Shown: piece by piece, positions 1-8,539 of the stretch
How the letters are laid out: every line of letters starts with the position of its first letter
Numbering within the stretch: position 1 is the first letter of the stretch
Source of the DNA: Bacilli bacterium
Lineage (GTDB): Bacteria; Bacillota_I; Bacilli_A; RF39; UBA660
Assembly (NCBI GenBank): GCA_017442305.1
Contig: JAFRZY010000004.1
Location: 24,590-88,589 of the forward strand
Length of the DNA: 64,000 bases
Direction: 5' to 3'
Made by a program: the position numbers and the translations under genes
Notes under the pieces: generated by a model
Told to the model about the DNA's origin: nothing
Database searches by the model: none
What the model saw: only the letters and a program-made list of their open reading frames with translations

Positions 1-1479
1 ATAATTTGTTTGATTAGTGGTATAACTGGTGTTTTATTATGTATGTATGGTTTTGTTGATAAGTATTATGATAATGCTAATACTGCATATCAAGTTTATT
101 TAAATGGCGAAAAAATTGGTTTAATTGCTGATAAAGATGAACTTTATAATATTATAAACAGTCAACAAGAGACTATAAAAAGCAAATATGGAGTGGATGC
201 AGTGTATCCTCCAAATGGGTTTAACATTGAAAAAAAATTAACATATGACGAAAAAATAAGTGATACCAAAAGCGTTTATAATAAAATAGCCGATTTAGAT
301 GATTTTACAATAAAAGGTTATGTCGTTACAATTAAAGCAACCGAAGAAAATGATGATGGTGAAATTATCCCTAAGGATATAGTTTTAAATGTTATAAACA
401 AAGAATTGTTTGAAAAAGCCATTGAACGATTTGTAGTAGCATTTTTTGAAGATGAAGAAATGTACTATAATTATATGAATAATGATCAAACTGAAATAGT
501 TGATACTGGGAAAATAATAGAGACAATGTATTTTGAAGAAGATATAACTATTAAAGAAGCTTATATAAGCGTAAAAGAAAAGATATACACCGATGAAATA
601 GAATTAAGCCAGTTTTTATTGTTTGGAGAAGAAACAGAGCAAAAAAAATATACAGTTAAGGCTGGAGATACTATAACATCTGTTGCCGAAAATCATCAAT
701 TGAATGCTAAAGAATTATTGATAGCAAACCCCATTTATACAAGCGAAGAAAATTTATTAGCGGTTGGTGATGTAGTAAATACAACTTTGATTGATCCGCA
801 AATAACGTTTACTTATGAAGTCCACTCTGTTACAGATCAGGAACAATATTATGAGAAAAAAACAGTTTATGATAATACTAAACCAGCTGATTTTAATGAA
901 ATTACACAATCAGGTGTAGTTGGAATAACGAGACTTACTGAAAAATATAAAGTAACTAATGGAGAAGATAGTGAAGGTATTGTTAAAATAGCTGAGGAAG
1001 TAATAATTGAAAAAGTAGATCAAATAACTACAAAAGGTAGAAGAAATTACATATCAGGAAGTTATATTGATTTAGGTGGCGACTGGGGTTGGCCAACAAA
1101 CTCTGGTTACAGAATCACTTCTGGCTTTAAATGGCGTTGGGGTAAAATGCATACTGCTATTGATATATCTGGTACAGGTAGAGGTTCACCTATTTATTCA
1201 GCAAGCGAAGGAGTAGTAGTAACTGCTGAAAACGGAAAAGGTTCGTTCTGGTCATTAGGTAAGTATGTAGTTATAAAACATGCTAATAATTATTATACTG
1301 AATATGCTCATATGGATAGCATATCAGTTTCTGTTGGTCAAAACGTATCTAAAGGTACCAAAATTGGAACTATGGGTGATACGGGACGTTCTACAGGAGT
1401 TCACTTGCATTTTGCAGTATCAGTAGGTGAACCTTATAAAGGTGGTCAATTCTTTGACCCACTTAAATTATATAAATAA
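1..1479 (+). CDS. LysM-domain M23 (LytM-type) peptidoglycan metalloendopeptidase; 5' end probably outside window
   Basis: The frame is open from base 1; the first listed start is TTG at 10. It has an N-terminal hydrophobic segment and a LysM-like stretch YTVKAGDTITSVAENHQLNAKELLIANP. C-terminal M23 motifs are HTAIDISG (HxxxD) and GVHLHF (HxH). Confidence 0.85.
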   Translation: MICLISGITGVLLCMYGFVDKYYDNANTAYQVYLNGEKIGLIADKDELYNIINSQQETIKSKYGVDAVYPPNGFNIEKKLTYDEKISDTKSVYNKIADLDDFTIKGYVVTIKATEENDDGEIIPKDIVLNVINKELFEKAIERFVVAFFEDEEMYYNYMNNDQTEIVDTGKIIETMYFEEDITIKEAYISVKEKIYTDEIELSQFLLFGEETEQKKYTVKAGDTITSVAENHQLNAKELLIANPIYTSEENLLAVGDVVNTTLIDPQITFTYEVHSVTDQEQYYEKKTVYDNTKPADFNEITQSGVVGITRLTEKYKVTNGEDSEGIVKIAEEVIIEKVDQITTKGRRNYISGSYIDLGGDWGWPTNSGYRITSGFKWRWGKMHTAIDISGTGRGSPIYSASEGVVVTAENGKGSFWSLGKYVVIKHANNYYTEYAHMDSISVSVGQNVSKGTKIGTMGDTGRSTGVHLHFAVSVGEPYKGGQFFDPLKLYK

Positions 1480-2243
1480 TGAAAATTTGTGTTTTAGCTA
1501 GTGGTTCTAAAGGGAATTCTACCTATATAGAAACTGCCAATCACAAAATATTGATTGATATAGGTAAAAACAAAAAATATATTGTTAATAAGTTAGCTGA
1601 GATAGGTGTTAATCCAAGTGATATAGATTATATATTAATTAGTCATTTGCATGATGATCATATCTCAGCTTTATCTACATTTATTAACAAATATCATCCA
1701 ACTGTATGTTTAAGTAGTCCAATGTTTATGGAATTAAAAAATATAAAAGACTATGATAATGTACTAATATACGAGGATGAAATAATTCTTAATGGAACAA
1801 AAATAAAAGCTATTAAATCCTCTCATGATTCAGTTGATTCAAGAAACTTTATCATTGAAGAAGGAAATAAATCTGCAGTATATATTACTGATACCGGCTA
1901 TGTTAATAATAAATATTTTAATTATTTAAAAAATAAAAATGTTTACTTGTTTGAAAGTAATCACGATATTGAAATGCTTACTCATGGGCCTTATCCTAAA
2001 TGGTTAAAAAGTAGAGTGTTGGGTGATGAGGGGCACTTATCTAATCAAGCGGCTAGTTTCTACTTAGCTAAATTAGTTGGTGAAAATACTAGAAAAATAA
2101 TTCTTATGCATTTAAGTGAAGTAAACAATTCGGAAGAAAAAACAATGGAAATGATTACTAAAACATTTAAAGATTATGATGTTAATTTTTCTAATATAAA
2201 TTGTGCAAAACAAGATGAAATAAGTGAAGTGATAGAAATATGA
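1479..2243 (+). CDS. MBL-fold metallo-hydrolase (YycJ/WalJ-like)
   Basis: Carries the HLHDDH (HxHxDH) metal-binding motif and is 254 aa. The start overlaps the upstream stop (TAATG). It is followed by rlmH, as in Bacillus. Confidence 0.8.
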   Translation: MKICVLASGSKGNSTYIETANHKILIDIGKNKKYIVNKLAEIGVNPSDIDYILISHLHDDHISALSTFINKYHPTVCLSSPMFMELKNIKDYDNVLIYEDEIILNGTKIKAIKSSHDSVDSRNFIIEEGNKSAVYITDTGYVNNKYFNYLKNKNVYLFESNHDIEMLTHGPYPKWLKSRVLGDEGHLSNQAASFYLAKLVGENTRKIILMHLSEVNNSEEKTMEMITKTFKDYDVNFSNINCAKQDEISEVIEI

Positions 2244-2677
2244 TAAATATAATATGTATAGGAAAAATAAAGGAAAAATACCTGTTAGATTTAATTTTGG
2301 ATTATAAAAACAGAATTAGCAAATATCATAAAATTAATATAATTGAATTAAAAGACTACGAAGATATCACTAAAGAGACTAAAGAATTATTGGGGTATAT
2401 TGATCCCAAAAATTATAATATTGCTTTAACTATAAATGGTAATAAATACTCGAGTTTAAAGTTTGCAAAACATATAGATAAAACATTTATAAATTATGGT
2501 GCTATTACTTTTATTATTGGTGGATCCAATGGTTTAGAGCAATCTATAATTGATTTATGCAACGAAGAAATAAGTTTTTCGGATTTTACTTTTCCGCATG
2601 GCTTATTCCGAGGAATTTTACTCGAACAAATATATCGGGCATTTAAAATAAATAATAATGAAAAATATCATAAATAG
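2240..2677 (+). CDS. rlmH: 23S rRNA (pseudouridine1915-N3)-methyltransferase RlmH (SPOUT)
   Basis: N-terminus IICIGKIKEKY. C-terminal IGGSNGL...SFSDFTFPHGLFRGILLEQIYRAF is typical of RlmH. There is a 4-nt overlap with the upstream gene. Confidence 0.85.
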   Translation: MINIICIGKIKEKYLLDLILDYKNRISKYHKINIIELKDYEDITKETKELLGYIDPKNYNIALTINGNKYSSLKFAKHIDKTFINYGAITFIIGGSNGLEQSIIDLCNEEISFSDFTFPHGLFRGILLEQIYRAFKINNNEKYHK

Positions 2678-2706
2678 ATAAACAAAATTTATAAAGGAGA
2701 GATTTT

Positions 2707-3366
2707 ATGATAGGAAATGACTGGGATGATAAATTAAGTATTGTCTGGAATAGTAATGGGTTTCAAAAATTCTATAATTTAATTCTTAAAGAGTACGAAA
2801 ATAAAACAATATTTCCTCCTAAAGAGCATATTTTTGAAGCGCTTAAACTAACTAGTTTTCAGAATACTAAAGTGGTTATTGTGGGTCAGGATCCTTATCA
2901 TGGAGTTGGCGAAGCCCATGGTTTATCTTTTTCTGTTCAAAAAGGAATAAAGGTTCCCCCATCATTAAAAAACATTTATAAAGAATTAGAATCCGACTTA
3001 GGTATTAAACCAAAAGAACATGGAGATTTAACTAATTGGGCAAAGCAGGGAGTGTTGCTTTTAAATGCGGTTTTAACGGTTGAAAAAGATAAAGCTGCAT
3101 CTCATCGTAATTTAGGTTGGGAATTATTAACCGATTATATTATCAAAGTATTAAATACTAAGGATGAGCCAATTGTCTTTGTACTATGGGGTAATTTTGC
3201 AAAAGAAAAGAGTAGCTTAATAACAAATGAAAAACATTTGATTATTACCAGTCCGCATCCATCGCCCTTTTCTGCAAACAGCGGCTTTTTTGGCAGTAAA
3301 CCTTTCTCAAGAACTAATGCATTTTTAGAAAGTCAAAATAAAAAGACCATTGACTGGTCTTTATAG
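2707..3366 (+). CDS. ung: uracil-DNA glycosylase
   Basis: Family-1 UDG motifs GQDPYHG, GLSFSV, LLLNAVLTV and HPSPFSA. RBS AAAGGAGAG lies upstream. Confidence 0.95.
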   Translation: MIGNDWDDKLSIVWNSNGFQKFYNLILKEYENKTIFPPKEHIFEALKLTSFQNTKVVIVGQDPYHGVGEAHGLSFSVQKGIKVPPSLKNIYKELESDLGIKPKEHGDLTNWAKQGVLLLNAVLTVEKDKAASHRNLGWELLTDYIIKVLNTKDEPIVFVLWGNFAKEKSSLITNEKHLIITSPHPSPFSANSGFFGSKPFSRTNAFLESQNKKTIDWSL

Positions 3367-3906
3367 TTTAAAATCATCGATTATATCATCTTGTAAGTCT
3401 TTGCCGTCAAAAAATGGTTTTACTTTAAATCCGTGAACTTTTGCAACAAGCATTGATGGAAACTTACGAACTAATTCATTACATAAACTAGTATTTTTGT
3501 TATAATAACTTTTAACAGCTGATAGTTTTTCGTCAGTTGTTTTTATTTCGTGTAAAATTTCTTTTAATTCATTATCTTCATTTAATTTAGCATAATCATT
3601 TTGTAATTCATAAATTACGTTCATAGCTTCAATTAATTTTCTATCTAAATCAAAATTACTTATACGATGGTTTTTCAAATTAACATATTCTTTTAAATAG
3701 TCTTTTTTATCCTTAATAACTTTTTTGATTAAGCTATTTATTTTAACGACCATATCGTATTTTGCTCTTAATGATTCATCAATAATATTCTCAGCTTGTT
3801 CTACTTTAGTCTTTAAATATTGAAGTTTATTATAATTATTAACATATATTATTCCGAGAATTCCTCCAATAATAACAAAAATTAAAAAAATAGATAAAGT
3901 ATTCAT
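3361..3906 (-). CDS. LemA family membrane protein
   Basis: N-terminal TM helix, YNKLQ motif and C-terminal FPSMLVAKVHGFKVKPFF motif. I prefer the ATG at 3906 (AGGTGA RBS) over the ATG at 3921. Confidence 0.8.
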   Translation of the reverse strand: MNTLSIFLIFVIIGGILGIIYVNNYNKLQYLKTKVEQAENIIDESLRAKYDMVVKINSLIKKVIKDKKDYLKEYVNLKNHRISNFDLDRKLIEAMNVIYELQNDYAKLNEDNELKEILHEIKTTDEKLSAVKSYYNKNTSLCNELVRKFPSMLVAKVHGFKVKPFFDGKDLQDDIIDDFKL

Positions 3907-4003
3907 ATTATCACCTAGCATTAATTATAGCAATAAAACAAAAAAAATTAAAGTCCTAGTAAATACTTTTTCCTTGGTGTATAATTTTGATAAGAGGGAT
4001 ATT

Positions 4004-5083
4004 ATGAAATTAAGAAGGTTAACAAAAATATTTGGTATAGTAATTTTGATTTTGATAATAACGGGCGTTACCGTTATTATGTTTAATAAATATTTATTAA
4101 ACAAAGTGAATTGCGGAATAGAACCGGAAGAAGAAAAAATAACTGAACCAGTGATTACAAGCATAACTATAAGTGCAGTTGGAGATTGCACCATAGGTAG
4201 TGATGCAAAGGTTGGATCAGGCTGGAATAACTTTAATTCATATTTAAAAAATGAAGACTACGGTTATTATTTTAGGGGAGTTTATGATGTATTAAGTAAA
4301 GACGATATAACCATAGCTAATTTAGAAGGGACTTTTACTGATGAAACAGAGAAGGCTGTAAAAACCTTTAATTTTAAAAATACAAAAGATTATGTAAAAG
4401 TTTTAACTGAAGGTAGTGTAGAAATTGTAAATACCGCTAATAATCATACCTATGATTATAAAGAAAAAGGATATCAAGATACTATAGAAGTGCTAAATGA
4501 TGCTAAGCTACCTTATTATGGATATACTACTTATGCTGTAGAAGAAATAAAGGGAATAAAAATAGGTTTTGCCGGACTTAATTATTATGATGAAAGAAAT
4601 TATGAGAATTATCAATCTGAGGTAGATGCGGCTATAGAATATTTAAAAAACGAAAAAGTTGATTTAATCATTTTTACTTTCCATTGGGGTATAGAAGCTA
4701 CATATAAACAGACGGACAAACAAGTTGAAGTTGGAAGATACGCTATAGACAAAGGTGCAGATTTGGTGCTTGGACATCATCCGCATCGAATTCAAGGAAT
4801 TGAAAAATATAATAATAAATACATAGTTTACTCTTTAAGCAACTTTGTGTTTGGAGGTCATAGAAATCCTAAAGATAAAGATTCTTTTATTTATCAAGAA
4901 ACGTTTACTTTTTCAGATAATTTATTATCAGAAAGAAAAGTAAATATTATACCAGTTAGTATATCTGGTGAAAATAATTTAAATAATTATCAGCCAGTAG
5001 TATTGAGTGGGTCAGAAAAACAACGCGTGATTGAAAAATTAAATAAATACAGTGTTAATTTTGAATGGAGAGAAGAAAACTAG
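4004..5083 (+). CDS. CapA-family metallophosphoesterase (poly-gamma-glutamate synthesis CapA-like)
   Basis: Signal-anchor TM followed by SAVGDCTIG, ANLEG, NTANNH, FHWG and LGHHPH motifs. The ATG at 4004 is preceded by AGAGGGA. Confidence 0.8.
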   Translation: MKLRRLTKIFGIVILILIITGVTVIMFNKYLLNKVNCGIEPEEEKITEPVITSITISAVGDCTIGSDAKVGSGWNNFNSYLKNEDYGYYFRGVYDVLSKDDITIANLEGTFTDETEKAVKTFNFKNTKDYVKVLTEGSVEIVNTANNHTYDYKEKGYQDTIEVLNDAKLPYYGYTTYAVEEIKGIKIGFAGLNYYDERNYENYQSEVDAAIEYLKNEKVDLIIFTFHWGIEATYKQTDKQVEVGRYAIDKGADLVLGHHPHRIQGIEKYNNKYIVYSLSNFVFGGHRNPKDKDSFIYQETFTFSDNLLSERKVNIIPVSISGENNLNNYQPVVLSGSEKQRVIEKLNKYSVNFEWREEN

Positions 5084-5097
5084 AATTCAGGTGTCAA

Positions 5098-5577
5098 ATG
5101 CAGTGCAACTATCGAGAAAAATTTAATAATAGTCAGTCTATATTGATGGTAAATGAATCAGGGTATGATATTCTTTTTCGAATTCATAAATTTTTGTTTG
5201 GGGAATATTATGATAATTTAGAGTTTGTTATAAGGTATAATGATCTGGAAACCATAGAGTTAATTAACAATTGTGTAAAAAATATCTTAAGTATTAAATT
5301 ATCTGATGATAAAGAATTAATTGCTAAAACAATTGCTAAGAATATTTCAACCCTATATTTTTTACAACCATTTGTTGATGGCAATACTAGAACGCTTTAT
5401 TTGTTTTTAAAATTATTTTTTGGTCTTCATTATAATGTTGATAACTGGCATTTAGATGAGACAATAATAAATAAAATACCTTTTTATAGTATTTATTATT
5501 CCTTGGATGATGAACCAACATTAACAAATATTGCCTATATCGCTGATAAATTAACTTTAACTAAAAAAACGTTTTAG
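5098..5577 (+). CDS. Fic/DOC-fold-like protein with degenerate active-site motif
   Basis: QPFVDGNTRTLY lies where the Fic motif HxFx(D/E)GNGRxxR would be. An upstream IHKFLFGEYY resembles the Fic helix. The start is uncertain: ATG 5065, 5098 (AGGTG RBS) or 5146. Confidence 0.45.
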   Translation: MQCNYREKFNNSQSILMVNESGYDILFRIHKFLFGEYYDNLEFVIRYNDLETIELINNCVKNILSIKLSDDKELIAKTIAKNISTLYFLQPFVDGNTRTLYLFLKLFFGLHYNVDNWHLDETIINKIPFYSIYYSLDDEPTLTNIAYIADKLTLTKKTF

Positions 5578-5583
5578 AGCATT

Positions 5584-5937
5584 CTAAAACGTTTTTTCTG
5601 AATAACTATGTTTATAGTTTATTCTTTCTTGAAATTCTACATAATCTAAATAAATCATTCTAATTAAGTACCAGCTTCCGTTTTTTGGGTCACTTATTAT
5701 TAGATGGTCTCTGCCAGCCTCTTCAATAGCTCCTTCGTAAACCTTATTTTGCCAAGCGCTAGAATCAGGATATGAAACATAAGCTTTTACTATTTTTCCT
5801 TTATTTAAACGTAGTATGTTTTCTATATAGCTTTCTTCCATAGGTAAAGTATCGTTATAACTTACATTTCCTGGTGGAGTATTAAATCCAGAATCATTAT
5901 TAGGAAAAGTTGGATTTTGATAAAAATTACCGTTCAC
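5584..5937 (-). CDS. gerQ: spore coat protein GerQ-like
   Basis: ESYIENILRLNKGK...AGRDHLIISDP...YLIRMIYLDYVEF matches my memory of the GerQ/YwdL core. GTG start with AGAGGTGA RBS. Confidence 0.7.
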   Translation of the reverse strand: MNGNFYQNPTFPNNDSGFNTPPGNVSYNDTLPMEESYIENILRLNKGKIVKAYVSYPDSSAWQNKVYEGAIEEAGRDHLIISDPKNGSWYLIRMIYLDYVEFQERINYKHSYSEKTF

Positions 5938-6030
5938 TATTTTTTCACCTCTTTAAAATATATGATTGGTATAAAATAAATTGCTAAAATTTTTAAACTT
6001 AGGTATAATAAATTAGAAGGTGAATAAAAA

Positions 6031-6918
6031 GTGGCTGAAAAAAATGAGTTAAAGGAATACATGAGTATTGTATTTAGAGGATTGATCTTTACATTTGGTG
6101 TATTTTTGCTAGCGTTAAACTATAATTTGTTTTTATTGCCCAACAAAATAGTTTTGGGGGGGACCAGTGGTTTAGCGATTGTGTTTGATACACTTTTAGG
6201 AATAGATCCAGAATTGTTTATATATGTATCAAGTGGTATTTTATTAATTATAAGTTTTATCTTTTTAGGATTTAAAGTTACCAAAAATACTATTTTAGGA
6301 ACTTTGCTTTATCCCCTTATGATTACTTATACCGCCCCTATAGCTACAGTAATCAGTAAACATTTAGTTATTGAGGAAATGTTATTGCTTGTATTAATAT
6401 CTGGAGTATTTTATGGAATATCGAATGGTCTAATATATAAATCTGGTTTTACAACTGGTGGTAGTGATGTTATTATGCAACTTATGAGCAAATATTTAAA
6501 ATTGCCAGAAGGGAAAGCTAATTTGATTAGTGGTGTAATTATAATTGCAATTGGTGGTATTGCCCTTGGATTAATTCAAGTCATATATGCGGTTTTAATC
6601 ACATATATTAGTACTATTTTAATCGATAAAATATTAATCGGTATTTCTGAAAGCAAAGTATTTTATATATATACTAAGAAGTCCAAAGAAATTAAAAAAC
6701 TAATTATAGATGATTTAAAAACCGGTTATACATCATTTCCGACTATCGGAGGGTACTCGCATTCCAAGGGAGAAATGATAATGTGTGTTGTAAACACACG
6801 AGATTATTACTTAGTTAAAGAAGCGGTATTAAATATAGATAAAGATGCCTTCTTCGTAATAAATGATTGTTATGAGGTTAACGGCGGTGTAAAAAAGAAA
6901 AATTTGCCATTTATTTGA
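6031..6918 (+). CDS. YitT-family membrane protein (C-terminal DUF2179-type domain)
   Basis: Polytopic membrane N-terminal part with GGTSGLAI and FTTGGSD motifs, plus a soluble C-terminal domain. GTG start after GAAGGTGA. Confidence 0.8.
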   Translation: MAEKNELKEYMSIVFRGLIFTFGVFLLALNYNLFLLPNKIVLGGTSGLAIVFDTLLGIDPELFIYVSSGILLIISFIFLGFKVTKNTILGTLLYPLMITYTAPIATVISKHLVIEEMLLLVLISGVFYGISNGLIYKSGFTTGGSDVIMQLMSKYLKLPEGKANLISGVIIIAIGGIALGLIQVIYAVLITYISTILIDKILIGISESKVFYIYTKKSKEIKKLIIDDLKTGYTSFPTIGGYSHSKGEMIMCVVNTRDYYLVKEAVLNIDKDAFFVINDCYEVNGGVKKKNLPFI

Positions 6919-6957
6919 CAATTTTTTTTTGTTATAATTATGATAGTAGGTGGTTTG

Positions 6958-7659
6958 ATGAAGTTTATTGAAGTTAAAAATTGTTATAAAGTATATAAAA
7001 ACGGTGTTACAGCAGTAGCTGATCTATCGGTTAATATAGATAAAGGTGAATTTGTATTTGTTATTGGCGCGAGCGGTAGTGGAAAATCAACTCTAATTAA
7101 AATGCTATATCGCGAAGAAAAGCCAACAAATGGTGAAGTAATAGTTGGCGGAATAAATGTAGCTAAGTTACGTAATGGTAAGGTTTATAAGTTAAGAAGA
7201 AAGCTAGGGATTGTTTTTCAAGACTTTAAATTATTACCTAAATTAACAGTTTATGAAAATGTGGCATTTGCTTTAGAAACTATGGGTCTTAAAGAAAGTG
7301 AAATTCGTCCCAAAGTTTTAACGGCTTTAGAGCATGTTGGTTTAAAAGACAAAGTAAGAAGCTTTCCAAATCAATTATCTGGTGGGGAACAACAAAGAGT
7401 TTGTATAGCCAGAGCAATAGTTAATGAGCCAAAACTTTTAATATGTGATGAACCTACTGGTAATTTGGATCCAGATACTTCAAAAGATATAATGAAAGTG
7501 CTTGAAAAAATTAATAAAGAATTAGGTACTACAGTAATTATGGCAACCCATGATAAAGAGATTGTTAATAGAATGAAAAAAAGAGTTCTATTATTAGAAA
7601 ACGGAGTCCTTGCAGGCGATTATTTGAAAGGAAGTTATAAGGCTCATGAAAGCAATTAG
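6958..7659 (+). CDS. ftsE: cell division ATP-binding protein FtsE
   Basis: Walker A GASGSGKST, signature LSGGEQQR and Walker B LLICDEPTGNLD. It is immediately followed by ftsX. I prefer the ATG at 6958 (RBS GTAGGTGG) over 6940. Confidence 0.9.
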   Translation: MKFIEVKNCYKVYKNGVTAVADLSVNIDKGEFVFVIGASGSGKSTLIKMLYREEKPTNGEVIVGGINVAKLRNGKVYKLRRKLGIVFQDFKLLPKLTVYENVAFALETMGLKESEIRPKVLTALEHVGLKDKVRSFPNQLSGGEQQRVCIARAIVNEPKLLICDEPTGNLDPDTSKDIMKVLEKINKELGTTVIMATHDKEIVNRMKKRVLLLENGVLAGDYLKGSYKAHESN

Positions 7660-8539
7660 AATTTTAGGAAGAAGCATAAGAGACTCCTTCAAAAGTGTAT
7701 TTCGTAATTTCAGTTTAAGTATCGCATCTATTGCCTGTACTACTATTACATTGATTTTAGTTTCAGTCGCATTAATTGTGTCATATAACATTAATAATGT
7801 TACAAAAAAATTAGAAAGTGAATTGTCGATTATTGTTTATTTGAATAAAGAAACTACAATTGAAGACGTGGATGCTCTAGAGTTACAAATTAAGAATATT
7901 CCTAATGTTAACAGCGTAACATACAAAAGTAAAGATGAATGGAAACTAGAAATGCAAAGTTATTCTGATACTTTAGATACAACTTTAGAATATCTTGGAT
8001 CCAATCCTTTATTAGACTCGTTTGTTGTTACAGTTAATGATGTAAATGACTTTAAGATTACAGCGGATACCATAAGGGGATATGATCATGTTGAATCTGC
8101 GGATTATGGTGCAGGAATGGTAGACCAATTAGTTACTATATTTGATTTGGTTGAGAAAGCTACGTTTATTTTAGTTATTGCTTTAATTTTAGTAACAGCA
8201 TTCTTAATTAGTAATACAATTAAGTTAACAATTTTCTCAAGAAGAAATGAAATAGAAATAATGCGTTTAGTTGGTACAAGTAATACTACAATTAAACTGC
8301 CATTCTTATTTGAAGGTTTTGTATTAGGAATATTAGGTTCAATTATACCAATTATTATAACTATTTATGGTTATATCATTGTTTATGATAGATTAGATGG
8401 TTACTTATTTAGTCAAATGATTGAATTGGTAGAACCGCTTAACTTTGTATTCTATGTTGCATTAATCCTACTAGTAATTGGTTCGGTAGTTGGAATGTTT
8501 GCAAGTTTTAGAGCGGTTAAGAAATATTTGAAAATTTAA
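7646..8539 (+). CDS. ftsX: cell division permease-like protein FtsX
   Basis: Topology is TM, a large extracytoplasmic loop, then three C-terminal TM helices. It overlaps ftsE by 14 nt. Confidence 0.85.
   Translation: MKAIRILGRSIRDSFKSVFRNFSLSIASIACTTITLILVSVALIVSYNINNVTKKLESELSIIVYLNKETTIEDVDALELQIKNIPNVNSVTYKSKDEWKLEMQSYSDTLDTTLEYLGSNPLLDSFVVTVNDVNDFKITADTIRGYDHVESADYGAGMVDQLVTIFDLVEKATFILVIALILVTAFLISNTIKLTIFSRRNEIEIMRLVGTSNTTIKLPFLFEGFVLGILGSIIPIIITIYGYIIVYDRLDGYLFSQMIELVEPLNFVFYVALILLVIGSVVGMFASFRAVKKYLKI

Noticed and set aside
3925-4194. 89-aa minus-strand ORF overlapping the capA-like start
   Set aside because: It overlaps the signal-anchor region of the plus-strand gene in antisense and has no RBS. 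Its hydrophobic composition mirrors the TM-coding strand.
6915-6938. TTGACA and TATAAT hexamers upstream of ftsE
   Set aside because: The spacer is only 12 nt, incompatible with a sigma-A promoter. The match is likely coincidental in AT-rich DNA.
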